29,459 nt of DNA from Minisyncoccota bacterium (GCA_035489645.1 DATHJV010000093.1:1-29459); one strand, 5' to 3'. Positions 1 to 8,697 are shown, numbered from the stretch's first letter. Numbers and translations: made by a program. The notes: generated by a model from the sequence alone, not told the origin.

Positions 1-1
1 C

Positions 2-394
2 TGCGAGGTTGCTCCGGGTATGGTAGTCGACGGAGACGAGAATATGTTAAAAATCGTCTATAACAATCTGATTCGCAATGCTTGGAAGTTCACGCGCAAA
101 AAAAAGACGCCGCGCATCGAAGTGGGAATGATTGAGAGGGGCGGCATTCCCGTATACTTTGTACGCGATAACGGCGCGGGGTTCGATATGCAGTACGTGA
201 ACAAGCTCTTCATCGCATTCGAACGTCTCCATAACGCCGCAGAATTTGAAGGCACGGGCGTCGGTCTCTGCTTGGTGCGTCGCATCGTCGAGATGCATGG
301 CGGGACGATCACGGCGGAAGCCGAAGTTGATAAAGGCGCGACCTTCTGGTTTACAATTCCAAAGCAAAAAGCTAACAGCGTGACATCGGCATAG
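2..394 (+). CDS. Sensor histidine kinase, C-terminal HATPase_c domain (5'-truncated by window edge)
   Basis: N box NLIRNAWKF, G1 VRDNGAGF, F box LFIAFERLH, G2 GTGVGL. The frame is open to the window start. Confidence 0.92.
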   Translation, partial: CEVAPGMVVDGDENMLKIVYNNLIRNAWKFTRKKKTPRIEVGMIERGGIPVYFVRDNGAGFDMQYVNKLFIAFERLHNAAEFEGTGVGLCLVRRIVEMHGGTITAEAEVDKGATFWFTIPKQKANSVTSA

Positions 395-417
395 GTGACG
401 GTAAACTCTACACACGC

Positions 418-449
418 GACCCCGACCAGTAATGGCGGGGTCTTTTTTT
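418..449 (+). terminator. Intrinsic terminator after the kinase
   Basis: GACCCCG(A)CC-agtaat-GGCGGGGTC stem followed by T7. Confidence 0.8.
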
Positions 450-533
450 ATCATTGTAAAACGTATTACGTCGTGCAAACCATCTTGGAAATAATTTGCA
501 ACTTGAGATAAAGAATTATGCTATAATGAACTT

Positions 534-1064
534 GTGACCATGAAACGAAACATTTTGGTAAATAAAATTCTAGTTGTGCTGGTAATTATATTGGCAAGTT
601 CGCTTTTGTTTGAGACCTATAATAAAAAACCAAGTTCGACTGGTCAAGTAGAGCCGGCTAATTCACAAAATACGCAAAAGATAAAAAACACTGTTCCTAA
701 GGAATATGTTAAAAAGACAGACGACAGTGCCAATAAAGCAACTTTTGTCTTCGTTGTCCCAGTAAAAAAGCAGGACATCATCGGCGCCAATATCCGATAC
801 TGTATTGTGAGCGCCAGCGCCGGAGCTCAAGCTGAAGGAAGGGAGGAAGAATGCAAAGAAACTATTCTTTCGAATAGTTTCTCTTTGCAATACAACGAGG
901 CAACCAGGGCTCTAATAATTTCTGATCCCACACCGGGCGAATGGGGTCCTGACGGTGGGCCATTTCGAATCGGCTGTGCCGCTTGTTTTAGTGTAATAGA
1001 GTTCAACGGTATCCATACTTCTGACGGTCAATTGCTGCCCAAGGCGGTAGTGACTGTATATTAA
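534..1064 (+). CDS. Hypothetical N-terminally membrane-anchored protein
   Basis: 176-aa ORF with a hydrophobic stretch ILVVLVIILASSLLF near the N terminus and four Cys. An extended -10 (TGcTATAAT, 519-527) lies just upstream. The start could be GTG 534 or ATG 540. Confidence 0.7.
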   Translation: MTMKRNILVNKILVVLVIILASSLLFETYNKKPSSTGQVEPANSQNTQKIKNTVPKEYVKKTDDSANKATFVFVVPVKKQDIIGANIRYCIVSASAGAQAEGREEECKETILSNSFSLQYNEATRALIISDPTPGEWGPDGGPFRIGCAACFSVIEFNGIHTSDGQLLPKAVVTVY

Positions 1065-1091
1065 GAACCTAGAATTATAGAGAATCCTTCC

Positions 1092-2018
1092 TTAGAATCC
1101 AGATGGAGTCCTGCGTTCCTGAATCATCAAGAGACCGGTAATGATAAGGAGAAGAATGAAGAACCAAAGGATATACTTGTTATTCAAGAAATCTCCAAAT
1201 GCATTACTAACTGCTGCCGTTTGCGTCTGGTCAGTAAGCGCAGGGGTTGTTGATGTGTCCACAAAGGTATCTACCGGAGCTTCTACTATTTGCGGTAGAG
1301 GACTGACGGAAACATTTGCCGGAGCATTTGAAACGGTTCGAGCAATAGTTTGAGGGATACGAAGAGATGTTGTTGCAATAATTCTGTAAGTAGAATCAGC
1401 ATTCGTTTTAGGATAGGAGAAATTTAAAGTATAATTTCCGAGTGCTGCAGATGCAGGGACGATCCAATCCAATTCATTGATACCTTTTATATTGGCGCCT
1501 GTCCCGACAAATATATTTGATCCAAAAAAATTAGAAACCAGGACAAGAGTCGTGTCTGTCGCGCTATCCCTGGATGTCTCCCAAGTTATGGCATAAGTTT
1601 TTCCGATAGTAAGTGTGTTCGTAGCGACAGTCGAACCTGCAGGCATGACCCTAATATTAGAAATTTCTAATACCGTTCCACCACCGCTAACTCTGCTACT
1701 TCCACCACTATGTCTGCCACCAGTATCTGTAGGAGTAGTCCCGCCGCCTCCTGTTAAACCGCCCTCATCAGCATTAGAACCTCCACCGACTGGAGTGCCA
1801 TTGCCTTCGCCAACATTAGAACCTCCACCGACTGGAGTGCCATTGCCTTCGCTGCCATTAGAGAGTCCTCCTGCCGGAGCGCTATTACCTTCGTCGCCAT
1901 TACTGCCACCTGCGCCTGGAGCACCGACTGCAGCGAATGCAGACGTGGCCGAAAAGACAACGGAAAACACTAAAACTGCTATAACCACATATTTCAATAA
2001 AGTCTTTGTTTTATTCAT
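1092..2018 (-). CDS. Hypothetical cell-surface protein (signal peptide, Gly-rich repeat linker, beta-rich domain, C-terminal TM anchor)
   Basis: Signal peptide ending SAFA, GGGSN/GEGNGTPV repeats, Thr/Pro-rich stalk, and C-terminal YILWFFILLLIITGLLMI followed by ERR. Confidence 0.8.
   Translation of the reverse strand: MNKTKTLLKYVVIAVLVFSVVFSATSAFAAVGAPGAGGSNGDEGNSAPAGGLSNGSEGNGTPVGGGSNVGEGNGTPVGGGSNADEGGLTGGGGTTPTDTGGRHSGGSSRVSGGGTVLEISNIRVMPAGSTVATNTLTIGKTYAITWETSRDSATDTTLVLVSNFFGSNIFVGTGANIKGINELDWIVPASAALGNYTLNFSYPKTNADSTYRIIATTSLRIPQTIARTVSNAPANVSVSPLPQIVEAPVDTFVDTSTTPALTDQTQTAAVSNAFGDFLNNKYILWFFILLLIITGLLMIQERRTPSGF
1772..1852. repeat. 42-bp period in-frame tandem repeat
   Basis: Identical 39-mer CATTAGAACCTCCACCGACTGGAGTGCCATTGCCTTCGC at 1772-1810 and 1814-1852. 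Degenerate copies continue to about 1925. Confidence 0.9.
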
Positions 2019-2060
2019 ATAATCCGATATTCCATTAATCTCCGACCTATTAATATTATT

Positions 2061-2089
2061 AGTCTAGCATAGTCTGAGTTGTTTGTCAA
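2061..2089 (-). promoter_or_regulatory. Sigma70-type promoter of the 308-aa surface protein gene
   Basis: Minus strand TTGACA (2089-2084), 17 bp, TGc-TAGACT (2066-2061). Confidence 0.75.
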
Positions 2090-2104
2090 GTACCTGAATG
2101 AGGC

Positions 2105-2135
2105 AAAAAAAAGCGCCTGTGAATAAACCACAGGC
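2105..2135 (-). terminator. Intrinsic terminator of the 330-aa gene
   Basis: GCCTGTG/CACAGGC 7-bp stem followed by T8 on the minus strand. Confidence 0.75.
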
Positions 2136-2152
2136 ACTAGTTTTTGATTTAA

Positions 2153-3145
2153 TTAATCTGTCTGGCTGAATCCCACCGAAGGGACTAAGCCGACGACTTG
2201 CTTCGCGAATCCCCCTTGTTGAGCTGGGCCGCGAAGTGACTTGAAGAATTTAGGTCCCACATTTGTGAAAGACCGCGAATAACCGTCGGGCAACTGCTCC
2301 TGGAACAATTCCCAAGCTGCAGGCGAATTCGGCAATGGTCCAGCCCACAGAACCGTATAGCTCGCGTACAAACTCGGCTGCCCTACCAGAGTAAACACAG
2401 GTAGGATATTAGTCCCTGTGTTTACTCTCGACATCACCATCGCTGGTGCAGTCGAAACGGCGAAACTGTCTCCGATCGCGGTTGCTGCGTGTCGCATCGC
2501 GCACGACAATCGGAATGGATCATTTATCAAAATGTAGCTCTCAATTGTCGCTCGACTCGCTGCGTCGCTGTACTTGAAAAACACCCTGTAATGGACAATG
2601 ATTTCATTCACTGGGACCAGCTGCCCCGAAGTATATGTGTTCGTCACACCTCCGGCACCGTATTCCCCGCCGAAGAATGTTGTAGGGCTAAAGCTGAGCT
2701 CCTGCCCATTCGCAACATTCGTAGCCACATTTCCCGCGAATCTCAAACTGTCAGGGGCATCATCTGAGTCAATCGCGAACAAAAATTCGCGTGGGTGGTG
2801 CTTCGCAACGCTGTCCCTGATTTTCGCGAAACAATGCCCGCTCAACCCCTCAACACCATTGGTATGGAGCGCGATATAGATCCACTTCAGTATATCTTTA
2901 TGCACAAAATCTTTACTCGACCCAATTACCGTGAAGGCACCCGGGTCCGTTTGAAGATTCCCCAATGCCCCCGGTGAACGAAATCGGGCATACTGCATAC
3001 CCTTCTCTAGGTAAGCAGTAATGTTCGTCGAATTCGGTCCGGGACCTGTTGACCAAGTGAACTCGTAAGTGATTTCTGCCCGGCCGGTATTCGCCGCCAG
3101 GCCCATTAATAGGACGAGCCCAAGGAGGCTCAGTTTCGTCTGCAT
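2153..3145 (-). CDS. Hypothetical secreted protein
   Basis: 330-aa ORF with signal peptide MQTKLSLLGLVLLMGLAANTGRA, its own promoter and terminator, and visibly higher GC than the core genes. Confidence 0.75.
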   Translation of the reverse strand: MQTKLSLLGLVLLMGLAANTGRAEITYEFTWSTGPGPNSTNITAYLEKGMQYARFRSPGALGNLQTDPGAFTVIGSSKDFVHKDILKWIYIALHTNGVEGLSGHCFAKIRDSVAKHHPREFLFAIDSDDAPDSLRFAGNVATNVANGQELSFSPTTFFGGEYGAGGVTNTYTSGQLVPVNEIIVHYRVFFKYSDAASRATIESYILINDPFRLSCAMRHAATAIGDSFAVSTAPAMVMSRVNTGTNILPVFTLVGQPSLYASYTVLWAGPLPNSPAAWELFQEQLPDGYSRSFTNVGPKFFKSLRGPAQQGGFAKQVVGLVPSVGFSQTD

Positions 3146-3253
3146 TTTTATCTTTCTGGCCGTTTGACGATCACATACCTCTCCATAACAATGGAAAGTT
3201 GATTAACCGAATATGCGATTTTCAAAGGGCTCTATAAATTTGACTCACTGCGG

Positions 3254-3282
3254 AGTGTAGCACAAATCTGGCAGAAAGTCAA
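3254..3282 (-). promoter_or_regulatory. Sigma70-type promoter of the 330-aa gene
   Basis: Minus strand TTGACT (3282-3277), 17 bp, TGc-TACACT (3259-3254). Confidence 0.65.
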
Positions 3283-3357
3283 GGCGCATGTAACGGTTTG
3301 ATAGCTTGATACACGAGAGTAAAATGAGGTTATCCACACATTAATAAGTAGACATTC

Positions 3358-3385
3358 TTGCATTATCTCATATATGATATATACT
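3358..3385 (+). promoter_or_regulatory. Leaderless-type promoter of XRE-murA with a palindrome in the spacer
   Basis: TTGCAT (3358-3363), 16 bp, TATACT (3380-3385), with ATG 7 nt later. Palindrome TAT-c-TCATATATGA-t-ATA at 3364-3381. Confidence 0.6.
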
Positions 3386-3392
3386 GCATCAT

Positions 3393-4937
3393 ATGGATAA
3401 AACGAAAAAAGGGCAGGAAAAAAGTGTCCAGACCGAACAGCAAAAAATCGGTTATTTTATTAAAGAGTTGAGGGAGCACAGAGGAATGACTCAAGAAGAG
3501 TTTGCTGACGCTCTGAACACTTCCCAGAGCTCTGTTCCTCGGATGGAGAAAGGTGAACAAAATTTCACTACGGAGTTACTCCGGAAAATAAGCAATGTCC
3601 TGGACCACCAAATTGTTTCCGTAAATGATTCCATTGATTTTGAGGTAAAAGGAGGCAAGAAACTAAGTGGGACAATTAAAACAAATTTTTCTAAAAACGG
3701 CTCGGTCGGGCTCCTTTGCGCTTCAATTTTAAATAGCGGTACTACCACACTCCATGGCATCGCTAGGATTGAGGAGGTTTATCGGGTCATCGAGATTCTG
3801 GAGAGTATCGGAGTCACCGTAAAATGGCTCGATCAAAATTCGGTGAGTATCGTTCCTCCAAAAACGTTTGTTTTAGAAAATATCAATGTAGAATCGGCAA
3901 TTAAAACACGTTCCGTCGTAATGTTGATCGGACCGCTGATTCATAAATTACCTTTATTCTCTATCCCCCACCCGCATGGATGTAATTTGGGTAAAAGAAC
4001 GATCGCGGCGCATATTTATGCCCTTGAGACACTCGGAGTGAAGATAAAAACTACAGAAAAAAACTATGAAGTTACCGCCAAAAAATTAAGACCGGGTGAT
4101 ATAGTTATGTATGAATCCGGAGATACAGCCTGCCAAAACGTTTTAACTGCTTCTGCTCTTATCGATGGTACGACAAAAATGAGTTTCGCGAGCGCCAACT
4201 ATATGGTTCAGGAAGTGTGTTTTTTTCTGGAAGCATTAGGAGTGAAAATTGAGGGCATCGGCACCTCCAATCTGACCATCCATGGTGTCAAAAAAATTGA
4301 CAGGGATATTGAATATAGCAACAGCGAAGACCCGATCGAATCAATGATGTTTATATCAGCCGGAATTATTACTGATTCGAGGCTGACCATCGCCCGCTCA
4401 CCGATTGATTTCTTGACTCTCGAACTGGAAAAGTTGAAGAGGATGAATTTGAAATATAAAGTGTCGAAGATATATTATTCCTTCAACGGCCGGACCAGGC
4501 TGGCTGACATAGAAATATTCCCAAGTAAATTGAAAGCGCTGAATGATAAGCTGCACTCCAATCCTTATCCCGGCATAAATATCGATAATTTGCCATTTTT
4601 TGTTCCGATTGCGATAAAGGCTATAGGGCAGACTATGATTCACGACTGGGTCTATGAAAATCGAGCTATTTATCTGACGGAATTAAATCGCTTGGGAGCT
4701 GATATAACTTTGGCCGATCCGCATCGTCTTTATATAAACGGCGGAACGCCGCTCTCTGCCGCGCAAGTTGTCTGCCCTCCGGCCCTGCGGCCATCGATGG
4801 TGATTCTCATCTCAATGCTGGGCGCCAATGGCACTTCAATTTTGCGAAACGTCTATATGATAAGTCGAGGTTACGAAGAAATTGCGCAGCGACTAAACTC
4901 AATCGGCGCGGATATTAAAATAATCAAAGGGAGTTAA
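3393..4937 (+). CDS. murA: XRE-family HTH fused to UDP-N-acetylglucosamine 1-carboxyvinyltransferase
   Basis: N-terminal HTH IKELREHRGMTQEEFADALNTSQSSVPRMEKG. MurA motifs SKN (Lys22 equivalent), GCNLGKRTIAAH (Cys115/Arg120 equivalents), PYPGINID, ALRPS and RGYE. Confidence 0.9.
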   Translation: MDKTKKGQEKSVQTEQQKIGYFIKELREHRGMTQEEFADALNTSQSSVPRMEKGEQNFTTELLRKISNVLDHQIVSVNDSIDFEVKGGKKLSGTIKTNFSKNGSVGLLCASILNSGTTTLHGIARIEEVYRVIEILESIGVTVKWLDQNSVSIVPPKTFVLENINVESAIKTRSVVMLIGPLIHKLPLFSIPHPHGCNLGKRTIAAHIYALETLGVKIKTTEKNYEVTAKKLRPGDIVMYESGDTACQNVLTASALIDGTTKMSFASANYMVQEVCFFLEALGVKIEGIGTSNLTIHGVKKIDRDIEYSNSEDPIESMMFISAGIITDSRLTIARSPIDFLTLELEKLKRMNLKYKVSKIYYSFNGRTRLADIEIFPSKLKALNDKLHSNPYPGINIDNLPFFVPIAIKAIGQTMIHDWVYENRAIYLTELNRLGADITLADPHRLYINGGTPLSAAQVVCPPALRPSMVILISMLGANGTSILRNVYMISRGYEEIAQRLNSIGADIKIIKGS

Positions 4938-5034
4938 GATGTTTAAACATGAACTTTTCTTTGGTACGGATTTTTCTAAGCTTAAAAAATCCTGAAGTTC
5001 TCGGCTCGCCAGCCTCGAAACCCCGCGAAAAGTT

Positions 5035-5904
5035 ATGTTTAAACATCTTCCAAAAATTATAGTAGTACTAGGTCAAACCGCCACAGGTAAAAGTGCCCTT
5101 GCAGTTAAAATTGCCAAGAAAATAAATGGTGAGGTAATTTCTGCCGATTCGAGACAAGTTTATAAAGGGCTTGATATTGGTACAGGCAAGATTTCTGAGA
5201 AGGAAATGAAAGGTATTCCTCATCATTTGACTGACATAGTGAATCCGAAGAGAATATTTACGGTTGTCGAATATCAAAAAAAGGCAATCTACGCCATGGC
5301 TGAGATTGCAAGTCATGGCAAGGTACCGATTATTTGCGGAGGCACGGGGTTCTATATTGATGCCATAACGAAAGGAGTCGTTTTTCCCGAAGTTCCGCCA
5401 AATCTAAAATTACGTAAACAACTTGCTAGAAAGTCTGCGATCACATTATTTCTAATATTAAAAAAAGTAGACCCAGTAAGAGCAGCAAATATAGATCCAA
5501 AAAATAAAATTCGATTAATCAGGGCCATTGAAATAGCCAAAACCTTGGGCAAAGTTCCTAAAATTATACAGCAAGCTCCCGCTTATAAATTTGTGAAAAT
5601 CGGCTTGTATTTACCACCTGAAAAATTGAAAAAGAGAATAGAAAAAAGGGTAAAAAAAATGTTCGCGGATGGATTGCTTGAAGAAATTAAAAATCTTAAA
5701 AAAGCTGGTGTATCAAATAGAAGGCTAAAGGAGCTTGGTTTTGAGTACTCTAATCCAAATTATGAAAAAGTAGTTAAGGAAACATTGAAATACGCAAAAC
5801 GCCAGATGACGTGGTTCAAGCGAGACAAGAAAATAAAATGGATTGACGCATCAAAACCGGAAGCTATTCGTCCGCTTTCGGCTCATTTAATGGAAAAGAT
5901 TTAA
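5035..5904 (+). CDS. miaA: tRNA dimethylallyltransferase
   Basis: GQTATGKS P-loop, ISADSRQVYKGLDIGTGK, GGTGFY, RLIRAIEI, YAKRQMTWFK. Confidence 0.97.
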   Translation: MFKHLPKIIVVLGQTATGKSALAVKIAKKINGEVISADSRQVYKGLDIGTGKISEKEMKGIPHHLTDIVNPKRIFTVVEYQKKAIYAMAEIASHGKVPIICGGTGFYIDAITKGVVFPEVPPNLKLRKQLARKSAITLFLILKKVDPVRAANIDPKNKIRLIRAIEIAKTLGKVPKIIQQAPAYKFVKIGLYLPPEKLKKRIEKRVKKMFADGLLEEIKNLKKAGVSNRRLKELGFEYSNPNYEKVVKETLKYAKRQMTWFKRDKKIKWIDASKPEAIRPLSAHLMEKI

Positions 5905-6214
5905 CATTTTGAAAAAAAACTTTGAGCTTAAATTCTTGGGCGGATAAATTTTTATACTCCCTAAGCAATTGATCTAATTTTTTGGCCTTGTGGCTCAAAC
6001 CTTTTTTTACTTCGAGCTCAACTATCTCGGAGCAAACAACGCGTGTGGTGTCCACAATGTATTCATACTTTTCAAATTCTCTCTTATAAAGCTTGTCATA
6101 GCCTAATGTCTGGAACAAATCCACATTGCTATCCATTTCCCTTAAGTCTGCCTCATAGCTTTCCGCTTTGGTCTTTTCCGCTCCCCGTATATATCTTTCA
6201 GAATTGAAATCCAT
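5864..6214 (-). CDS. Hypothetical protein (charged, helical), overlapping the miaA 3' end by 41 nt
   Basis: 116-aa ATG ORF filling the gap between miaA and the next gene. No recognisable motif. Confidence 0.55.
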   Translation of the reverse strand: MDFNSERYIRGAEKTKAESYEADLREMDSNVDLFQTLGYDKLYKREFEKYEYIVDTTRVVCSEIVELEVKKGLSHKAKKLDQLLREYKNLSAQEFKLKVFFQNVKSFPLNEPKADE

Positions 6215-6284
6215 ATATTTACTTTATCATAAATTATTTTATAATGGTATGATTAGTGTGTAACAGCAACTTAACAATTAATTT

Positions 6285-6629
6285 ATGAAAACAATAGTCC
6301 ACTGGATTGTCTCAACGCTCGCCATATTATTAACAGCCTATCTTTTGCCAGGAGCTCACGTCGACGGAATAGTCGCGGCACTTATCTTGGCTGTAGTTCT
6401 CGGCGTTATTAACGCCGTTCTACGCCCACTTCTTGTATTACTCACTTTCCCTATCACTATTTTAACTCTCGGACTTTTTGTGCTTGTAATAAATGGGCTC
6501 CTAGTTATGCTCGCCTCCTATATTGTGCCCGGGTTTACAGTTGATAGTTTCTGGTCCGCGCTTGCCTTCGGCATTGTGCTCGCAATCGTAAGCTCGGTAC
6601 TGCATATGTTTGAAAAAAAAGTCTTATAA
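6285..6629 (+). CDS. YvlD-like 4-TM membrane protein (phage holin superfamily IV)
   Basis: Four hydrophobic helices with the family pattern LGVINAVLRPLL...LTFPITILTLGLFVLVINGLLV...VPGFTVDSFWSAL. Confidence 0.88.
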   Translation: MKTIVHWIVSTLAILLTAYLLPGAHVDGIVAALILAVVLGVINAVLRPLLVLLTFPITILTLGLFVLVINGLLVMLASYIVPGFTVDSFWSALAFGIVLAIVSSVLHMFEKKVL

Positions 6630-7079
6630 CTTTCTCTCTCGAGCAAGATCTATCGTGTGTCTTCCAGTTTGCACTTTTAAAATAGTTTTGTCAGAATTCT
6701 GCAAAGCATCTTTGATCCTCTCAACCTGCTTAGGAAAAGTGTTTGCCGGCAACTTATCCGTTTCAAAAAATTTAATCTGATCAGCTTCGTTATTTAATGT
6801 CGCTCGTCCGCCGATAATTTTACATTTAAAAGATAGAGCTAAATTATCTTCATCACGCTTGCTATAAAAACCGAGAAGTTTTTCAACTTCAACATCAAAT
6901 CCCGTTTCTTCTTTCACTTCCCTTTTCACACCCTCCCAAGGCGGCTCCCTGGCCTCTAGACCCCCTCCAGGTAAATTCCATAAATCATAATCCGTCCTAT
7001 GAACAAGTAAAACTCTGTTTTGCTCGTCAAAAATTATTCCGAACACCCCTACAGTAAATTTTGCTCTATTTTTTTTCAT
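6624..7079 (-). CDS. NUDIX hydrolase
   Basis: Nudix box GGGLEAREPPWEGVKREVKEETG. The ATG at 7079 (MKKNRAK) is preferred over the track start at 7112, which crosses the att site. Confidence 0.9.
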   Translation of the reverse strand: MKKNRAKFTVGVFGIIFDEQNRVLLVHRTDYDLWNLPGGGLEAREPPWEGVKREVKEETGFDVEVEKLLGFYSKRDEDNLALSFKCKIIGGRATLNNEADQIKFFETDKLPANTFPKQVERIKDALQNSDKTILKVQTGRHTIDLARERKL

Positions 7080-7082
7080 AAT

Positions 7083-7089
7083 TGCGGGC
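7083..7089 (+). repeat. Left attachment-site core TGCGGGC
   Basis: Identical to 18865-18871 and located 3 nt from the NUDIX start codon. Confidence 0.8.
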
Positions 7090-7173
7090 TGTAAAAATCT
7101 AGAATGGAACACTATTCAGAGTATGGTCCTTGATTGGAATAGTGTCTTCCGAGGCCTAGATCTTGTAAATTAA
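7090..7173 (+). other. Orphan 27-codon 3' end of the recombinase gene (excised-state C terminus)
   Basis: After the core codons GCG GGC (Ala-Gly, the same frame as in the recombinase) it reads CKNLEWNTIQSMVLDWNSVFRGLDLVN-TAA. Confidence 0.75.
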
Positions 7174-7422
7174 TATAATAAACCAGCATTATTCTAGCAT
7201 ATAAAGGGCGCTGGGGGCATCTGGAGGCCGGAAAAACACTACCGGTGGCTCATTCTAGGTAATTATGTATGACTTCCCTAAAAAGGCTTTGATTTTTCAT
7301 CTAGGGGGTAGGCGGCAGTCATTTTGAAATGAAATTTAGTTTCCTGAATCTAAAAAAATTCTGCCCGATTTTAATAGATGTTGATAACTTAACACATGAC
7401 CTCTCATAACATAATTGAAAAT

Positions 7423-7451
7423 TTGCTATAAAAAATCAAAGAACATATACT
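7423..7451 (+). promoter_or_regulatory. Leaderless-type promoter of the ImmA/IrrE gene
   Basis: TTGCTA (7423-7428), 17 bp, TATACT (7446-7451), with ATG at 7458. Confidence 0.6.
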
Positions 7452-7457
7452 AAAAAC

Positions 7458-7958
7458 ATGGAGGAATCAATGAAAAAAATTTTAGAGCAGTATTCCAACA
7501 CTGTGCCTGTGCCAGTTGTTGCAATTGCTGGTGAATTAAATGCAGAGGTGTATGAATCTTCCAGTTTACCTGATTCAAAATCAGGTTCAATAAGCAAGAA
7601 AGATAAGGGCGGTTATGAAATTATTGTCAACGCCAACCATTCAACAAATAGGAAAAGATTTACTATTGCTCATGAAATCGCTCATATTATTTTACACAGT
7701 GATATTTTGGAGAAAGCCAAAACTCATGAGGATTTTTCTAAAAGGCCAGTTATGTTGAATAGAGATTCAAAGGATGCTGGTATAAAAATAGAAAAAGAAG
7801 CTGATAAATTAGCGGGGCAAATCTTGATGCCAGATGATTTATTTAAAAATATATGGGGAATGTCTAATTCTGTCGAAGAAGTAGCAGATTATTTCCAAGT
7901 TTCTCAGTCAGCTGCTAACATGAGAGCAGGGATGCTTTTTAAACAATCAATTTATTGA
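7458..7958 (+). CDS. ImmA/IrrE family zinc metallopeptidase (stand-alone, no HTH)
   Basis: RKRFTIAHEIAH (HExxH), EKEADKLAGQILMP, and C-terminal VADYFQVSQSA. Confidence 0.9.
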   Translation: MEESMKKILEQYSNTVPVPVVAIAGELNAEVYESSSLPDSKSGSISKKDKGGYEIIVNANHSTNRKRFTIAHEIAHIILHSDILEKAKTHEDFSKRPVMLNRDSKDAGIKIEKEADKLAGQILMPDDLFKNIWGMSNSVEEVADYFQVSQSAANMRAGMLFKQSIY

Positions 7959-7962
7959 TTTT

Positions 7963-8238
7963 GTGAAAAGAATTTTTACAGATGAAGAACTTAAGAATGA
8001 TGATAAGGTAAAGGGACACGAAAGAAGGCAAAAACTCCTAGATGCTTTGTCTATAGTTGCGCAGGTTGCCATTTATGTAATACCTATTTGTTTGGGAATT
8101 TTTTATGTTTTGATTCTTGGGCATAAAATAGTCATTGGGGACTGGGTTGGCCTTGAGGGCTCTATTACAAGTATGCTAATTCCTGTTATTACTTACCTAG
8201 TGGGAGTTATGACTAGATCGGGGATGTTGCCAAAATGA
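7963..8238 (+). CDS. Small 2-TM membrane protein coupled to the ImmA gene
   Basis: GTG start 4 nt after the peptidase stop. Charged N terminus followed by two hydrophobic segments. Confidence 0.7.
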   Translation: MKRIFTDEELKNDDKVKGHERRQKLLDALSIVAQVAIYVIPICLGIFYVLILGHKIVIGDWVGLEGSITSMLIPVITYLVGVMTRSGMLPK

Positions 8239-8325
8239 ATTCCAGCCACGATTTCGTAAACGCCTTTTCTTTAAATTTTTTATCATAGAGACTAGGCCAT
8301 CATCATTAAAAGTATTCATAATTTT

Positions 8326-8697
8326 TTACTTTAAATTTTTTAGATTTATTTCGGGGTCCGGGTAAACTTCATTTTCCGGGGTATATTTTATTGCTTCATG
8401 AAAATATTTTTTAGCGCTGTCGAAATTTTTAAGTTCGGCAAAGATAACCCCGATATTATTTGAGGTTCTTGAAGCAATATTATCTCGTCGAAGATATGAA
8501 TCGGCGTATTCAAAATATTTTGGCAAAATACGTCGGGTTTCCCCAATATCAAGCTGTGAGTCGGGTTGTGATCTTGCATATTCCGCGGCTTCCGCACTAA
8601 GTTGATCCATTACTGCGTTATAACAGGATAAAGCGCTTGCTAATTTTCCACTATTTTTAAAATCACTTGCTTCGTTTATTAGTTTCTGTAAATCCAT
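8326..8697 (-). CDS. Tetratricopeptide-repeat protein
   Basis: TPR-like segments ASDFKNSGKLASALSCYNAV and NNIGVIFAELKNFDSAKKYFHEAIKYTP. Confidence 0.75.
   Translation of the reverse strand: MDLQKLINEASDFKNSGKLASALSCYNAVMDQLSAEAAEYARSQPDSQLDIGETRRILPKYFEYADSYLRRDNIASRTSNNIGVIFAELKNFDSAKKYFHEAIKYTPENEVYPDPEINLKNLK

Noticed and set aside
3393-3620. MurA-fused XRE domain as substrate of the element's ImmA peptidase
   Set aside because: Only proximity supports it, and the gene is outside the element.
6285-6629. Holin-like gene as evidence for a prophage
   Set aside because: It lies outside the att-bounded interval, no endolysin or structural genes are nearby, and this family is often chromosomal.
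7080-7112. Longer NUDIX start at 7112 from the ORF track
   Set aside because: The extension crosses the att core into element DNA. The ATG at 7079 gives a normal protein.
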